A stretch of 64,000 nt of DNA from an uncultured Acidobacteriota bacterium (GTDB lineage Bacteria > Acidobacteriota > Blastocatellia > RBC074): NCBI GenBank assembly GCA_963796275.1, contig CAWCKY010000006.1, forward strand, positions 736,001 through 800,000. Direction: 5' to 3'. Below, piece by piece: positions 1-11,038 of this stretch; positions within the stretch are counted from its first letter, which is position 1, and each line of letters starts with the position of its first letter. The notes beneath the pieces are model-generated. The model was not told where the DNA came from, did not search any database, and saw only the letters and a program-made list of their open reading frames with translations. The position numbers and the translations under genes were made by a program.

Positions 1-134
1 GTCTTTTGTCTTTTTATATTTGCCTGAATATAATGGTATGATACGGCTTCTCAGTTAAGCGGTCAGGAGAAGTCAAATTCGGAAAATATTCCACACTGAA
101 GCAAGAACCAGGGAGCAGAAAATCTACAAAGGGC

Positions 135-1178
135 ATGGTGTCTCTCAATAACACTCATTGCCGAATGTATGCACAGAAAACACTGGCGCTAATCTTTGCG
201 CTGGCCTTGATCTTTGTATTGTCGGCTTGCCGCCGCAAATCGGATGTAGCGAAGGAGGCCACGGTCACCGTTTACGGGTTTAGCGTGGTGAAAGAGCCGC
301 TCGAGGGGGAAATCTTCCCGGCATACGAGAAGCTCTGGTTAGAAAAGACAGGACAGCAACTGACTTTCACTCCTTCCTATGCGGGATCCGAACTTGTGAC
401 GAACCAGATCATCTCCGGGGTCGAAGCTGACGTGGCGATCCTCGCGATCGAGCGGAATGCCGATCGTCTGGTGGAAAGTCACGTGACGAATCACAACTGG
501 CGCAGTCTGCCCTACGGAGGGATCGTCAATAAGACGCCGATGGTGATTCTCGTGCGGCAGGGCAATCCGAAACGCATCCGCGACTTCAGCGACCTCGCTA
601 AGCCGGGTGTGAATTTGATACATTGCGATCCCATTTCATCAGGCGCCGGCCAATGGTCGCTGCTTGCCGTTTATGGATCGGAACTGATCAAGTCCGAGAA
701 GCGGACCGGCAGGCGCGACAAGAAGAAGGCGTTCGAACTGCTGCAACAGGTCTGGAAAAATGTGATCACGCGGCCGCTCTCGGCGCGCGAAGCCCGGACG
801 CAGTTTGAGAGGCGCGAAGGGGATGCTCTTATCACATACGAACTGGAGGCGTTGCAACTCCTCGAAAAGAACTTGGGAGATGTAATGATAGTTCCGCCTG
901 CTACGATCTTCAGTGAGCATCCGGTGGTGATCATCGACGACCATATGCCGGCGGCCAAATTCGCCATTGTCGAATTGTTTGTACGTTACCTTTGGGAGAG
1001 ACCGGCGCAGGAGGCTTGGGTGAAGTCGAGATTCCGGTCGGTGACCGATGAGAGTCTGAATGCCAAATTTGCCAAGATTGAGATGCCATTTTATGTGAAA
1101 GACCTGGGCGGGTGGGAACACGCATATCCGGAGATCGTGGATGGCGTGTGGAAGCGGGATATCCAGAAAGAGAAGTAA
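135..1178 (+). CDS. sbp: Sulfate/thiosulfate ABC transporter substrate-binding lipoprotein
   Basis: Lipobox-like LSAC; motifs VRQGNPKRIRDFSDL, PISSGAGQW, GDALITYE typical of Sbp/CysP; true start may be 165. Confidence 0.85.
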   Translation: MVSLNNTHCRMYAQKTLALIFALALIFVLSACRRKSDVAKEATVTVYGFSVVKEPLEGEIFPAYEKLWLEKTGQQLTFTPSYAGSELVTNQIISGVEADVAILAIERNADRLVESHVTNHNWRSLPYGGIVNKTPMVILVRQGNPKRIRDFSDLAKPGVNLIHCDPISSGAGQWSLLAVYGSELIKSEKRTGRRDKKKAFELLQQVWKNVITRPLSAREARTQFERREGDALITYELEALQLLEKNLGDVMIVPPATIFSEHPVVIIDDHMPAAKFAIVELFVRYLWERPAQEAWVKSRFRSVTDESLNAKFAKIEMPFYVKDLGGWEHAYPEIVDGVWKRDIQKEK

Positions 1179-1187
1179 ATTGCGCTT

Positions 1188-2018
1188 ATGAGTAGTAAGG
1201 TAATGACTCCGCCGGGGGTTGGTGTCGACCTGGCCCGTCCTCTGGGAATCAGCTTCATTATTGCGGCGATGATGCCGCTCGTCATCTTGCCGCTCGCCTC
1301 GATCTTCATCTTCGGTTTCAGTAAGGGGCCGGCACACTTCTTCGAGGCGTTGATGGCGCCGGCGGCGCTCTCGTCGCTCCGGTTGAGCCTGCTGACGAGC
1401 AGCATCGCGACGGTCTGTAACGTGATCTTCGGGTTGATCGCGGCTTACGTCATGAGCAGGCATGATTTTAGAGGCAGTTCGGCATTGATGATCATCATCA
1501 GCCTGCCGACAGCGATACCGACGGCGGTTGCGGGGTTCGCTCTCCTTTTATTATGGGGTCGTAGTGGATTGCTCGGACAGTTCCTCGAACATACCGACTA
1601 CCATATTATGTTTACGACCTCGGCTATCATTCTGGCCAATATCTTCGTGACCTTCCCTCTGGCTTTCGGGGTGATCAAGCCGGTGCTCGATAATCTCGAT
1701 ACGACATACGAATATGCGGCGGAGACGATGGGCGCATCGCGCTGGCAGACGTTTCGTTTTGTGGTTCTGCCGAGCCTGCGCGGCGCAATCTATACGGGCG
1801 CGTTGCTGACCTTCGCGCGGTCGATCGGAGAGTTCGGATCGACGATTATGGTGAGCGGCAATCTGGCGATGAAAACGCAGACCGCGCCGCTTTATATCTA
1901 CTCGAAATTCAATGAAGGCGATGTCGAAAGCGCGAATGCGATCGCGGCAGTGCTCGCCATTATTTCGTTAGCCATATTTTCACTGATTATTTTTTCGCGT
2001 AAGAGACTGGAAAAATGA
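1188..2018 (+). CDS. Sulfate/molybdate-type ABC permease (CysT/CysW-like)
   Basis: Multiple TM segments, LPTAIPTAVAG, EAA-like loop (YEYAAETMGASRWQTF), FARSIGEFG. Confidence 0.85.
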   Translation: MSSKVMTPPGVGVDLARPLGISFIIAAMMPLVILPLASIFIFGFSKGPAHFFEALMAPAALSSLRLSLLTSSIATVCNVIFGLIAAYVMSRHDFRGSSALMIIISLPTAIPTAVAGFALLLLWGRSGLLGQFLEHTDYHIMFTTSAIILANIFVTFPLAFGVIKPVLDNLDTTYEYAAETMGASRWQTFRFVVLPSLRGAIYTGALLTFARSIGEFGSTIMVSGNLAMKTQTAPLYIYSKFNEGDVESANAIAAVLAIISLAIFSLIIFSRKRLEK

Positions 2019-2133
2019 TTGACCACAGAACAATACGAACTGAAACACATAAAGCGCAAAAGGAGCAATTTGCGTTTGTTGTCGCACTATTTGTGATTTT
2101 TGTGGTGAGTTATTCCCACAGAGGAGGAACGAG

Positions 2134-3312
2134 ATGGCGAGAGAAATGGTAGCTCCCTTACACGAAACTCATGCCTCTATCGATCCCAAAGCCGGAAAGC
2201 GCGAAGCACTGCGAGTTGTCGGCTTGAGCAAATGGTTCGGTTCTGAAAGAGTCCTCGACGATGTGAGTTTTTCCATAGCCGAGGGCGGCAGCCTGGTCCT
2301 GCTGGGACATTCGGGAAGCGGAAAAAGCACGACCCTGCGCATCATCGCCGGTTTGATCGAACCTGACGCGGGAGAGGTCTATTTGCACGGAAGACATATC
2401 GAGCATCTCCGTGCGCGCGAGCGCAATATGGGTATTATCTTCCAGAACTATGCGCTCTTTCCGCGCATGACGGTGGAGGAGAATATCGGCTTCGGATTGC
2501 GCATTCGTGGCATGAACAAAGAAAAACGAAAAGTGATAGTCGATGAATTGTTGGGGATGACGGGGTTGTACGAGCAACGAGACAAGTACCCGGCGCAGCT
2601 CTCCGGAGGCCAGCAGCAGCGCGTGGCGATCGCTCGTGCGCTGGCCTACAAGCCCGAGCTGCTCCTCTTCGATGAATCGTTCAGCGCCCTCGACCCGCAC
2701 ACCCGAGTCAGCCTGCGACGCGAAATAAGGGCCTTGCTGCGGAGACTGCGCGTGCCCTCTCTTTTCATTACCCACGACCAGGAAGAGGCGATGGAACTGG
2801 GCGATGAAATAGCCATCCTTAACGGCGGGCGATTGGAGCAGATCGGCGCTCCCGATGAGGTCTACAACAGCCCGCAGACCGAATTCGTCGCTACTTTCCT
2901 CGGAACTGCGAATGTCGTCGAGGGGAGCTGGCGCGATGGTTTGATCGCGCTTGACTGCAATCGGGTCCTCTCTCCGCCCAGGCCCGCGCCGCCGAAGGTG
3001 TCGGAGAGAGTCAAAATCGTCTTTCGGCCCGAGGACATCACGCTTGGCCCGCCGACCGGCCTCGTCGAAACCCCTTATCATCTGGGCGGCGGCGAAGTGA
3101 TCGATGTATCCTTCACGGGCGCATCGGAGAACGTTATGATTCGATTGCTGCCCAAAGGCGAGAAAGAACTATCGCCGAATGCCGTCTCCGACAAGAAATG
3201 CGACTTTGTCATCAAAGTATTACGGACGAAGTGGGATTCCCGGAAATTGAAGCTCGCCCCGGGCGAGGTGGTTTCGGTCGGTCTCAAGTCGTATAAGATC
3301 TTAAGGGGCTGA
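2134..3312 (+). CDS. ABC transporter ATP-binding subunit (CysA/PotA-like)
   Basis: Walker A GHSGSGKST, signature LSGGQQQR, Walker B LLLFDE, THDQEEA; GAGGAGG RBS. Confidence 0.9.
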   Translation: MAREMVAPLHETHASIDPKAGKREALRVVGLSKWFGSERVLDDVSFSIAEGGSLVLLGHSGSGKSTTLRIIAGLIEPDAGEVYLHGRHIEHLRARERNMGIIFQNYALFPRMTVEENIGFGLRIRGMNKEKRKVIVDELLGMTGLYEQRDKYPAQLSGGQQQRVAIARALAYKPELLLFDESFSALDPHTRVSLRREIRALLRRLRVPSLFITHDQEEAMELGDEIAILNGGRLEQIGAPDEVYNSPQTEFVATFLGTANVVEGSWRDGLIALDCNRVLSPPRPAPPKVSERVKIVFRPEDITLGPPTGLVETPYHLGGGEVIDVSFTGASENVMIRLLPKGEKELSPNAVSDKKCDFVIKVLRTKWDSRKLKLAPGEVVSVGLKSYKILRG

Positions 3313-3333
3313 TACTGGATTCGCCCTTTTGGG

Positions 3334-3423
3334 GTAGCAAAAAGCAAAAAGGGCAAAAGAAGGGGACAAAAAGGGCAAAAATCATGCTTGTCCTTTTTGT
3401 CCCTTTTTGTCTTTTTCGCTTAC
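3334..3423. repeat. Inverted 9-10-mer tandem arrays (GGGCAAAAA / TTTTTGTCC) forming an intergenic hairpin
   Basis: gcaaaaagcaaaaagggcaaaag...gggacaaaaagggcaaaaa followed by complementary cttgtcctttttgtccctttttgtcttttt. Confidence 0.75.
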
Positions 3424-3448
3424 ATAGTTAAAATCAACACGCACAAAA

Positions 3449-3874
3449 ATGAATCAGACTAACGTAAATCTAAAACTCGATTACACCATACTTTGTGAAG
3501 ACGTGCGCGTTGAGGCGGCGAACCATCTGAGCCTTATGGGGGTGACACATCAAATCGTCGTACCGCAATTACCCATAACGCTGATTAAGTTTGCAGTAGT
3601 CAACCACTGGCATGGCGAGGGGCAATATTTAAGCGAGGTTCGTATTCTGACACCCGATTATTCGCAGCCCGTTGCTGTATCACAACCGTCCAGCTTTGTC
3701 GTGCCGCCCGATGGGTACGCCGACAACGTCACGATCTTCGTAAACACAAGTTTCTTTCAACCCGGCAATTACATCGTGCAGACTCTGATCAACTCGTCTC
3801 TGTTTGCCGAGCGCGTCTTGCCGGTTATGCTCATCGACCAACAACCGGTCAATCAGAGTGAGCGAGTCCACTGA
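3449..3874 (+). CDS. Hypothetical small beta-rich protein (DUF6941-like)
   Basis: LCEDVRVE...LSLMGV N-terminus and PGNY C-terminal motif; co-oriented with tkt. Confidence 0.6.
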   Translation: MNQTNVNLKLDYTILCEDVRVEAANHLSLMGVTHQIVVPQLPITLIKFAVVNHWHGEGQYLSEVRILTPDYSQPVAVSQPSSFVVPPDGYADNVTIFVNTSFFQPGNYIVQTLINSSLFAERVLPVMLIDQQPVNQSERVH

Positions 3875-3899
3875 ATTTTTTATATCGGCAGGAGATTGA

Positions 3900-5903
3900 A
3901 TGTCAGAAAAAATCGATAACCTTGCAATCAATACAATCCGCACGCTCGCAATGGATGGCGTCCAGAAGGCGAATTCCGGTCACCCTGGTATGCCTATGGG
4001 GATGGCGCCGGCCGCCTACGTGCTTTGGACCAAGTTCCTACGGCATAACCCGAAAAATCCCCGGTGGGCGAATCGCGATCGCTTCGTGCTTTCCGCGGGT
4101 CACGGCTCGATGCTTCTATACAGCCTGCTGTTTCTGACCGGATATGAGGACTATCCGCTCGATCAATTGAAGCAGTTCCGCCAATATGGAAGTTTAACCC
4201 CGGGCCATCCGGAGTCCGAGCTCTCGCAGGCGATCGAAACCACCACCGGCCCGCTCGGACAGGGTTTCGCCAATGGCGTCGGAATGGCCATAGGAGCCGA
4301 ATATCTCGCATCTTATTTCAATCGCCCGGGCCATAATCTCTTTGATTATTATATTTACGCAATCGTCTCAGACGGAGACCTGATGGAGGGAGTGGCATCG
4401 GAGGCCGCGTCAATGGCCGGTCATTTGAAACTCGGTCGCTTAATCTACCTCTACGACGACAACCATATATCGATCGATGGGACCACGGAATTCGCTTTCA
4501 CGGAAGACAGGGCCAAACGGTTTGAAGCTTACAATTGGCACGTGCAGACGGTGAGCGATGGCAACGATCTGGCCGCCATCGAAAAGGCCATCCGCAACGC
4601 GCAGGCTGATCCTCGCCCTTCTATCATTTGCGTTAGAACCATCATCGGCTACGGCAGTCCGAACAAAGCGGGCACGGCAAAAGCGCACGGCGAGCCGCTC
4701 GGCGTCGAGGAGGTGAAGCTGAGCAAGCAAAACTTAGGCTGGCCGTACGAAGAGCCGTTCTACGTGCCTGAAGAATCATTGAAGAAATTCCGCCAGGCGA
4801 TCGATCGCGGCGCGCAACTGGAAAGTGAATGGAACGCGAGGTTCGAAGCCTATGCGAAAGAGCATCTCGAACTGGCCGCATCCTGGCGCGCGTGGTACGG
4901 CGGCCATTTGCCCGAGGGATGGCAATCCAAGATGCCGGTTTTCCCGACAGATAAGCCTATGGCGACGCGCGAGGCGTCAGGTAAGGCGCTCAACGCCTTC
5001 GCCAATGCGCTGCCGATGCTCATCGGCGGTTCGGCAGATTTGCGCCCATCCAACAATACGTTCCTCGAAGGAATGGGAGAATTCCAGCCGGGCAATTACT
5101 CGGGTCGCAATTTCCATTTCGGCGTGCGCGAACACGCGATGGGATCGGTCATGAACGGAATCGCGCTGACCAGACCCCTGATTCCATTCGGCGGCACTTT
5201 CCTGGTCTTCTATGACTATATGCGCCCGCCGGTGCGGCTGGCCTCTATGATGGGTATTCAGGTAATCTATGTTTACACACATGACAGCATAGGACTCGGT
5301 GAGGACGGCCCGACGCATCAACCGGTCGAGCATCTGATGGGACTGCGGGCCGTGCCGAATCTGACGCTGATCCGTCCGGCTGATGCGAATGAGACTGCGG
5401 TAGCGTGGCGCGTGGCGCTGGAGAATAGCCATGGACCCACCGCGCTCGCTTTGACCCGGCAGAAGCTCCCGGTATTCGACCGCACGAAATATGCTTCCGC
5501 AGAGGGATTGGCCAGAGGCGCTTACATCTTGAGCGAATCGCCGGGGGGTAGGTTGGATGCGATCCTCATCGCCACGGGTTCCGAGGTGTCAGTGGCCATC
5601 GAAGCGCAAGATAAGCTTGCGGCGCAGGGCATAAACGCCCGCGTGGTGAGCATGCCTAGCTGGGAGTTATTCGATAAACAACCGCGCTCTTATCGCGATG
5701 AGGTGCTGCCGTCCCGTATAAAAGCGCGCCTTGCGATTGAGGCGGGCGTGACGCTCGGTTGGAGTAAATATGTCGGCGAAACGGGTGAGGTGATCGGGCT
5801 CGATCGGTATGGAGCTTCATCGCCATATCAGGTAGCGATGGAGAAATTGGGGTTTACGGCGGAGAATGCGGTCGTGCGTGTGAAAGCGATGATTGGAAAA
5901 TAG
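3900..5903 (+). CDS. tkt: Transketolase
   Basis: [23 protein letters not shown], ThDP motif [30 protein letters not shown]. Confidence 0.98.
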   Translation: MSEKIDNLAINTIRTLAMDGVQKANSGHPGMPMGMAPAAYVLWTKFLRHNPKNPRWANRDRFVLSAGHGSMLLYSLLFLTGYEDYPLDQLKQFRQYGSLTPGHPESELSQAIETTTGPLGQGFANGVGMAIGAEYLASYFNRPGHNLFDYYIYAIVSDGDLMEGVASEAASMAGHLKLGRLIYLYDDNHISIDGTTEFAFTEDRAKRFEAYNWHVQTVSDGNDLAAIEKAIRNAQADPRPSIICVRTIIGYGSPNKAGTAKAHGEPLGVEEVKLSKQNLGWPYEEPFYVPEESLKKFRQAIDRGAQLESEWNARFEAYAKEHLELAASWRAWYGGHLPEGWQSKMPVFPTDKPMATREASGKALNAFANALPMLIGGSADLRPSNNTFLEGMGEFQPGNYSGRNFHFGVREHAMGSVMNGIALTRPLIPFGGTFLVFYDYMRPPVRLASMMGIQVIYVYTHDSIGLGEDGPTHQPVEHLMGLRAVPNLTLIRPADANETAVAWRVALENSHGPTALALTRQKLPVFDRTKYASAEGLARGAYILSESPGGRLDAILIATGSEVSVAIEAQDKLAAQGINARVVSMPSWELFDKQPRSYRDEVLPSRIKARLAIEAGVTLGWSKYVGETGEVIGLDRYGASSPYQVAMEKLGFTAENAVVRVKAMIGK

Positions 5904-5999
5904 GGCCCTGATCATTGTTCTTGCCACCGGAGATTATATGTAAGACGGAAAATCATTTCCTGTCTTACACTCTAGTGGCAGAGACGGAAGAGGAGTTTG

Positions 6000-7346
6000 A
6001 TGGCAACAGCAGCTAATCGTTTACCTCCCGGTCCGAGACCGCTTCTCCCCACCTCGAATATCATCGCTATGCGCCGCGACCGTTGTGGGTTTTTGACCAG
6101 GCTCGCGCGCGAATATGGAGATCTGGTCTATTTTAAACTCGGACAGCAGCCTGTTTTTCTGCTCAACCATCCCGACTACATTCGAGACGTACTCGTCACG
6201 CACAATAAAAATTTCATGAAGGGCGAGGGGCTTCAGCGGGCAAAACGGCTGCTGGGAGAAGGTTTGTTGACGAGCGAGGGAGAGTTTCATCTGCGCCAGC
6301 GCCGGTTATCGCAGCCAGCTTTCCACCGGCAACAGATCGCCGGGTACGCCGCGACGATGGTCGATTACGCTGAGCGGATGCGCGACGGCTGGAAAGAGGG
6401 AGAGACGGTCGAGATGTCCCGCGAGATGATGCGTCTGACGCTCGCGATCGCGGGCAAGACTCTCTTCGATGCCGATGTTGAGTCCGAGGCCGATGAAATA
6501 GGCGATGCGTTGAGCCGGGCGATGGCATTATTCAATAATCTGACGGTGCCGTTCTCACATTTGCTCGAAAAGTTGCCTCTGCCTGCAGTGCGCCGGTTTC
6601 ATAAAGCCAGGGAGCGGCTCGATGCCACCATCTATCGAATGATAGATGAGCGGCGCAGAAGCGGCGATGCCGGGGGTGATCTGCTCTCCATTTTGATACA
6701 AGCGCGCGACGAGGAAGGTGACGGAACAGGGATGACCGATGAGCAATTGCGCGACGAGATGATGACCATTTTCCTGGCGGGTCACGAAACGACGGCCAAC
6801 GCTCTCACGTGGACGTGGTATCTGTTATCGCAAAACCCCGATATCGAAGCCAAGTTGCACCGTGAGGTTGATGATGTGTTACGGGGACGTTTGCCGATCG
6901 CTGATGACTATCCGAATTTGAGTTACACCGAAATGGTCTTCGCCGAGTCGATGCGATTGTACCCGCCCGCATGGATCATCGGACGCCGGGCGCTCAATGA
7001 TTATCAGATCGGTGATTATTTCATTCCGGCACGTTCGATTCTGCTGATGAGCCAGTACCTGATGCATCGCAATGAGAAGTACTTCGCCGATCCGCTGAAA
7101 TTCGATCCCGAAAGATGGAGACCGGAAGCTAGAGAGTCGCGTCCCAAATTCTCATACTTTCCTTTCGGCGGCGGCCCGCGCCTCTGCATCGGCGAACACT
7201 TCGCCTGGATGGAAGGAGTGCTGGTGATAGCGACTGTGGCGCGGCGATGGAAGTTGAGGCTTATGCAAGGGCATCCGGTGGAGCCGCAACCGATTGTGAC
7301 ACTCCGGCCGAAGTACGGGATGAAGATGATCGTTGGGCGGCGGTGA
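6000..7346 (+). CDS. Cytochrome P450
   Basis: I-helix AGHETT, ESMR (ExxR), DPERW, heme motif [10 protein letters not shown]; GAGGAG RBS. Confidence 0.96.
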   Translation: MATAANRLPPGPRPLLPTSNIIAMRRDRCGFLTRLAREYGDLVYFKLGQQPVFLLNHPDYIRDVLVTHNKNFMKGEGLQRAKRLLGEGLLTSEGEFHLRQRRLSQPAFHRQQIAGYAATMVDYAERMRDGWKEGETVEMSREMMRLTLAIAGKTLFDADVESEADEIGDALSRAMALFNNLTVPFSHLLEKLPLPAVRRFHKARERLDATIYRMIDERRRSGDAGGDLLSILIQARDEEGDGTGMTDEQLRDEMMTIFLAGHETTANALTWTWYLLSQNPDIEAKLHREVDDVLRGRLPIADDYPNLSYTEMVFAESMRLYPPAWIIGRRALNDYQIGDYFIPARSILLMSQYLMHRNEKYFADPLKFDPERWRPEARESRPKFSYFPFGGGPRLCIGEHFAWMEGVLVIATVARRWKLRLMQGHPVEPQPIVTLRPKYGMKMIVGRR

Positions 7347-7393
7347 GCGTAGGTAAACGGGTGACTGCCTTGACTCATGTTCCAACTGCTTTT

Positions 7394-7990
<597 letters not shown>

Positions 7991-8027
7991 TGATTGAATG
8001 GCATTGTCATGTTATGTAGGTGTATAT

Positions 8028-10199
8028 CTATGGCTTCATCGCCACATCCATCTTCAGCACACCCACCAGAAATCCCCACCGATCGGCAATCTCTTCAATG
8101 ATCTTCGACGTCGGTTTACCCGCGCCGTGCCCCGCTTTGGTCTCGATCCGGATCAACACCGGAGCCGGCCCCGCTTGCGCAGCTTGCAGGGTCGCTGCGA
8201 ATTTGAAGCTGTGCGCCGGAACTACCCGATCGTCGTGGTCGGCCGTCGTAATGAACGTCGCCGGATACTTCATTCCCGGTTTGATGTTATGCAGAGGCGA
8301 ATAGGCATACAGGGCCTTGAACTCCCCGGGATTATCCGATGAGCCGTAATCGGACACCCAGGCCCAGCCGATGGTGAATTTTTGGAAACGCAGCATATCC
8401 ATCACGCCGACTTGAGGGAGAGCTGCACCGAACAGATCGGGCCGTTGCGTTATCGAAGCGCCGACGAGCAGGCCGCCGTTGCTGCCGCCGCCGATGGCCA
8501 GTTTCGGCGTCGACGTGTATTTATTTGCGATCAACCATTCGGCCGCCGCTATGAAGTCATCGAAGACGTTCTGCTTCTTCGATTTCGTTCCCGCCAGATG
8601 CCATTCTTCCCCGTATTCGCCGCCGCCGCGCAGGTTGGGTTGCGCGAAAACGCCGCCCATCTCCATCCAGACAAGATTCGCGATTGAGAATGCCGGAGTC
8701 AGCGAAACGCTGAATCCTCCGTAGCCGTATAGATAGGTAGGATTGTTCCCATCGAGTTTCAGCCCCTTCTTGTGCGTGATGAACATCGGCACGCGCGTGC
8801 CGTCCTTGCTCTTGTAAAAGACCTGCTTCGTCTCGTAATCGTTCGGTTTAAAGTCGACTTTCGGTTGGCGATAAATGGTGCTCTTGCCTGTCTTCAGATC
8901 GTAGCGATAGACAGTCGCCGGAGCGGTGAAGCCGGTGAACGCATAGAATGTCTCCGCGTCTTTGCGTTTGCCGCCGAACCCGGCGGCCGTGCCGATGCCT
9001 GGCAACTCCACTTCGCGTACGAACTTTCCTTTCAGGTCGAAAAGCTTGATTTGTGTGCGCGCGTCTTTCAAATACGAGGCGATGAAATGATCGCCGACCA
9101 GGCTGACGCCTTCGAGAGTCTCGCGCGCCTGTGGGATGAGCTCTTTCCAGTTCTTGCGGTCAGGATTGAGCGTATCGATGGCGATGACGCGGCCGCGCGT
9201 GGCATCGAGATCCGTGCGGAACCAGAAGAGCGGGCCGTCATTTCCTATGAAGGTGTATGCCGCTTCGAGTTCTGAAATCAGTTCAACTACCTGGGCGTCG
9301 CTCTTCTGCAGGTCTTTGTAAAATATTCGATTCTTAGGGTCGGTGCCCTGCCAGACGTTGACGATCAGATAGGCCCCATCCTCGGTGACATCGCCGATGA
9401 ATCCCCACTCTTTTTGGTCTTTGCGCTCATAGATCAGTACATCTTCGGACTGAGGAGTGCCCAGGCGATGGTAATAAAGTTTCTGGAAATAGTTAACATC
9501 TTCCAGCTTGGTCTTTTCGTTCGGCTCATCGTAGCGGCTGTAGAAGAATCCCTTGCCGTCCTTCGTCCAGGAAGCGCCGGAAAATTTCACCCACTTGAGA
9601 TGATCGGTTAGGTCCTTGCCGGTTGCGATATCGCGGACTTTCCAATCCGTCCAATCCGAGCCTGAAGTGGAAAGACCGTATGCCAGGTGACGGCCATCGT
9701 GACTGACGGCCAGGCTGGACAATGCGACGGTGCCGTCTTTCGTCAGCGTGTTCGGATCGAAAAGAACGCGCGGCTGATCATTGAGTGATTCAATCGTGTA
9801 CATTACGCTCTGGTTTTGCAGGCCGTCGTTTTTGAAATAGAAATAACGCCCGCCTTCTTTGAACGGAGTGCTGTACTTTTCGTAGTTCCAGAGTTTTGTC
9901 AATCGCTCTTCGATCTTGGCTCGCTCGGGAATCTTCTCCAGAAAACCGAACGTCAACTTGTTCTCGGCATCGATCCACGCGCGCGATTCATCCGAATCGG
10001 GGTTTTCGAGCCATCTGTATGGATCGGAGATCTTCGTCCCGTGGTAGTTGTCGATCTGATCCACTTTCCTTGGTTTCGGGTAATCAAAAGATTCTTCCAT
10101 TTGGTTCTTGCTTTGCGATGATACGGCGTGGTTTGTATAAACGAGCGACGCGATGCTTATGGCGGCGATGAGCGCGAGAAAGAATTTGAAGTTTTGCAT
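8028..10199 (-). CDS. Prolyl oligopeptidase (S9A), secreted
   Basis: Signal peptide from MQNFKFF (ATG 10199); DPYRWLE, GGSNGG, DHDDRV, AGHGAGK catalytic motifs. Confidence 0.96.
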   Translation of the reverse strand: MQNFKFFLALIAAISIASLVYTNHAVSSQSKNQMEESFDYPKPRKVDQIDNYHGTKISDPYRWLENPDSDESRAWIDAENKLTFGFLEKIPERAKIEERLTKLWNYEKYSTPFKEGGRYFYFKNDGLQNQSVMYTIESLNDQPRVLFDPNTLTKDGTVALSSLAVSHDGRHLAYGLSTSGSDWTDWKVRDIATGKDLTDHLKWVKFSGASWTKDGKGFFYSRYDEPNEKTKLEDVNYFQKLYYHRLGTPQSEDVLIYERKDQKEWGFIGDVTEDGAYLIVNVWQGTDPKNRIFYKDLQKSDAQVVELISELEAAYTFIGNDGPLFWFRTDLDATRGRVIAIDTLNPDRKNWKELIPQARETLEGVSLVGDHFIASYLKDARTQIKLFDLKGKFVREVELPGIGTAAGFGGKRKDAETFYAFTGFTAPATVYRYDLKTGKSTIYRQPKVDFKPNDYETKQVFYKSKDGTRVPMFITHKKGLKLDGNNPTYLYGYGGFSVSLTPAFSIANLVWMEMGGVFAQPNLRGGGEYGEEWHLAGTKSKKQNVFDDFIAAAEWLIANKYTSTPKLAIGGGSNGGLLVGASITQRPDLFGAALPQVGVMDMLRFQKFTIGWAWVSDYGSSDNPGEFKALYAYSPLHNIKPGMKYPATFITTADHDDRVVPAHSFKFAATLQAAQAGPAPVLIRIETKAGHGAGKPTSKIIEEIADRWGFLVGVLKMDVAMKP

Positions 10200-10242
10200 C
10201 GATTTTCCTAATCTCAATGTTGGGGAATACGCGACAATCATT

Positions 10243-10300
10243 ACCGCGGGCGGTAGCGAGAGAAGCTTATTTATAGAAGCTCGTTCGCTACCGCTCGCGC
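10243..10300. repeat. REP-like inverted pair
   Basis: cgcgggcggtagcga ... tcgctaccgctcgcg. Confidence 0.65.
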
Positions 10301-10309
10301 GATACTGTT

Positions 10310-10735
10310 TTAAACAAGTTTCGCAGTTAGTTTGATCTCTACGCCGGCGAGGGCTTTTGAGACGGGGCAATTCTTCTTGGCTGTCTCCGCCAATTCCTGA
10401 AACTTCGCCGCATCGATGCCAGGTACCGATGCGTCTGTATCGAGATCTATAGCCGTAATGGCGAATCCGCTATCCTTTTTGAGCAGATGGACTTTGGCTG
10501 AAGTTCTTATGCTCTTCGGTTCGAACCCTGAACTGCTGAGCGTCGCTGCAAATGCCATTGAAAAACATCCAGCGTGTGCAGCGCCGATCAGCTCTTCGGG
10601 ATTGGTCCCGACGCCATCTTCGAATCGTGAAGCGAAAGAAAATTGTCCTTCGAATGCGCCGCTGCCAAGCGACATTTTTCCTTTTCCCGCTTGAAGATTG
10701 CCTTCCCAGATTGCTTTTGCTGTACGAACTGCCAT
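10310..10735 (-). CDS. osmC: OsmC family peroxiredoxin
   Basis: TNPEELIGAAHAGCF and NCPVSKAL; GGAGGGAG RBS. Confidence 0.95.
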   Translation of the reverse strand: MAVRTAKAIWEGNLQAGKGKMSLGSGAFEGQFSFASRFEDGVGTNPEELIGAAHAGCFSMAFAATLSSSGFEPKSIRTSAKVHLLKKDSGFAITAIDLDTDASVPGIDAAKFQELAETAKKNCPVSKALAGVEIKLTAKLV

Positions 10736-10863
10736 TTCTCCCTCCAGTTGTTGAATTTTCTAGTTGATTTTTTTATCTAAAATCAAAGCTTAGCATAGGG
10801 ACGCGATCTATGTCTTTCACGAGTTGTTGCTCACATCATTCGAACGTGGCACTATGCGGATAA

Positions 10864-11019
10864 GGTAGTTGGTCGGTAGTCGGTAGTTGGTTGTCAGTGA
10901 AAGGTAGTCGGTAGTCGGGTGCCGGCTGTTGTTTCGCAAATTGGACGTAATAATTACACAACTAAACTATTCAAAACCGGCAACCGGCAACCGGCAACTG
11001 ACCGAATACCGCCAACCGT
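10864..11019. repeat. Inverted heptamer arrays (GTCGGTA / ACCGGCA)
   Basis: gtcggtagtcggtagttgg... and accggcaaccggcaaccggcaactgaccg immediately before the tex RBS. Confidence 0.75.
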
Positions 11020-11038
11020 TTAAGAGGAGCAATCAATT

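Noticed and set aside
10200-10370. N-terminal extension of the prolyl oligopeptidase ORF
   Set aside because: Overlaps osmC and a REP hairpin; the signal peptide starts at 10199
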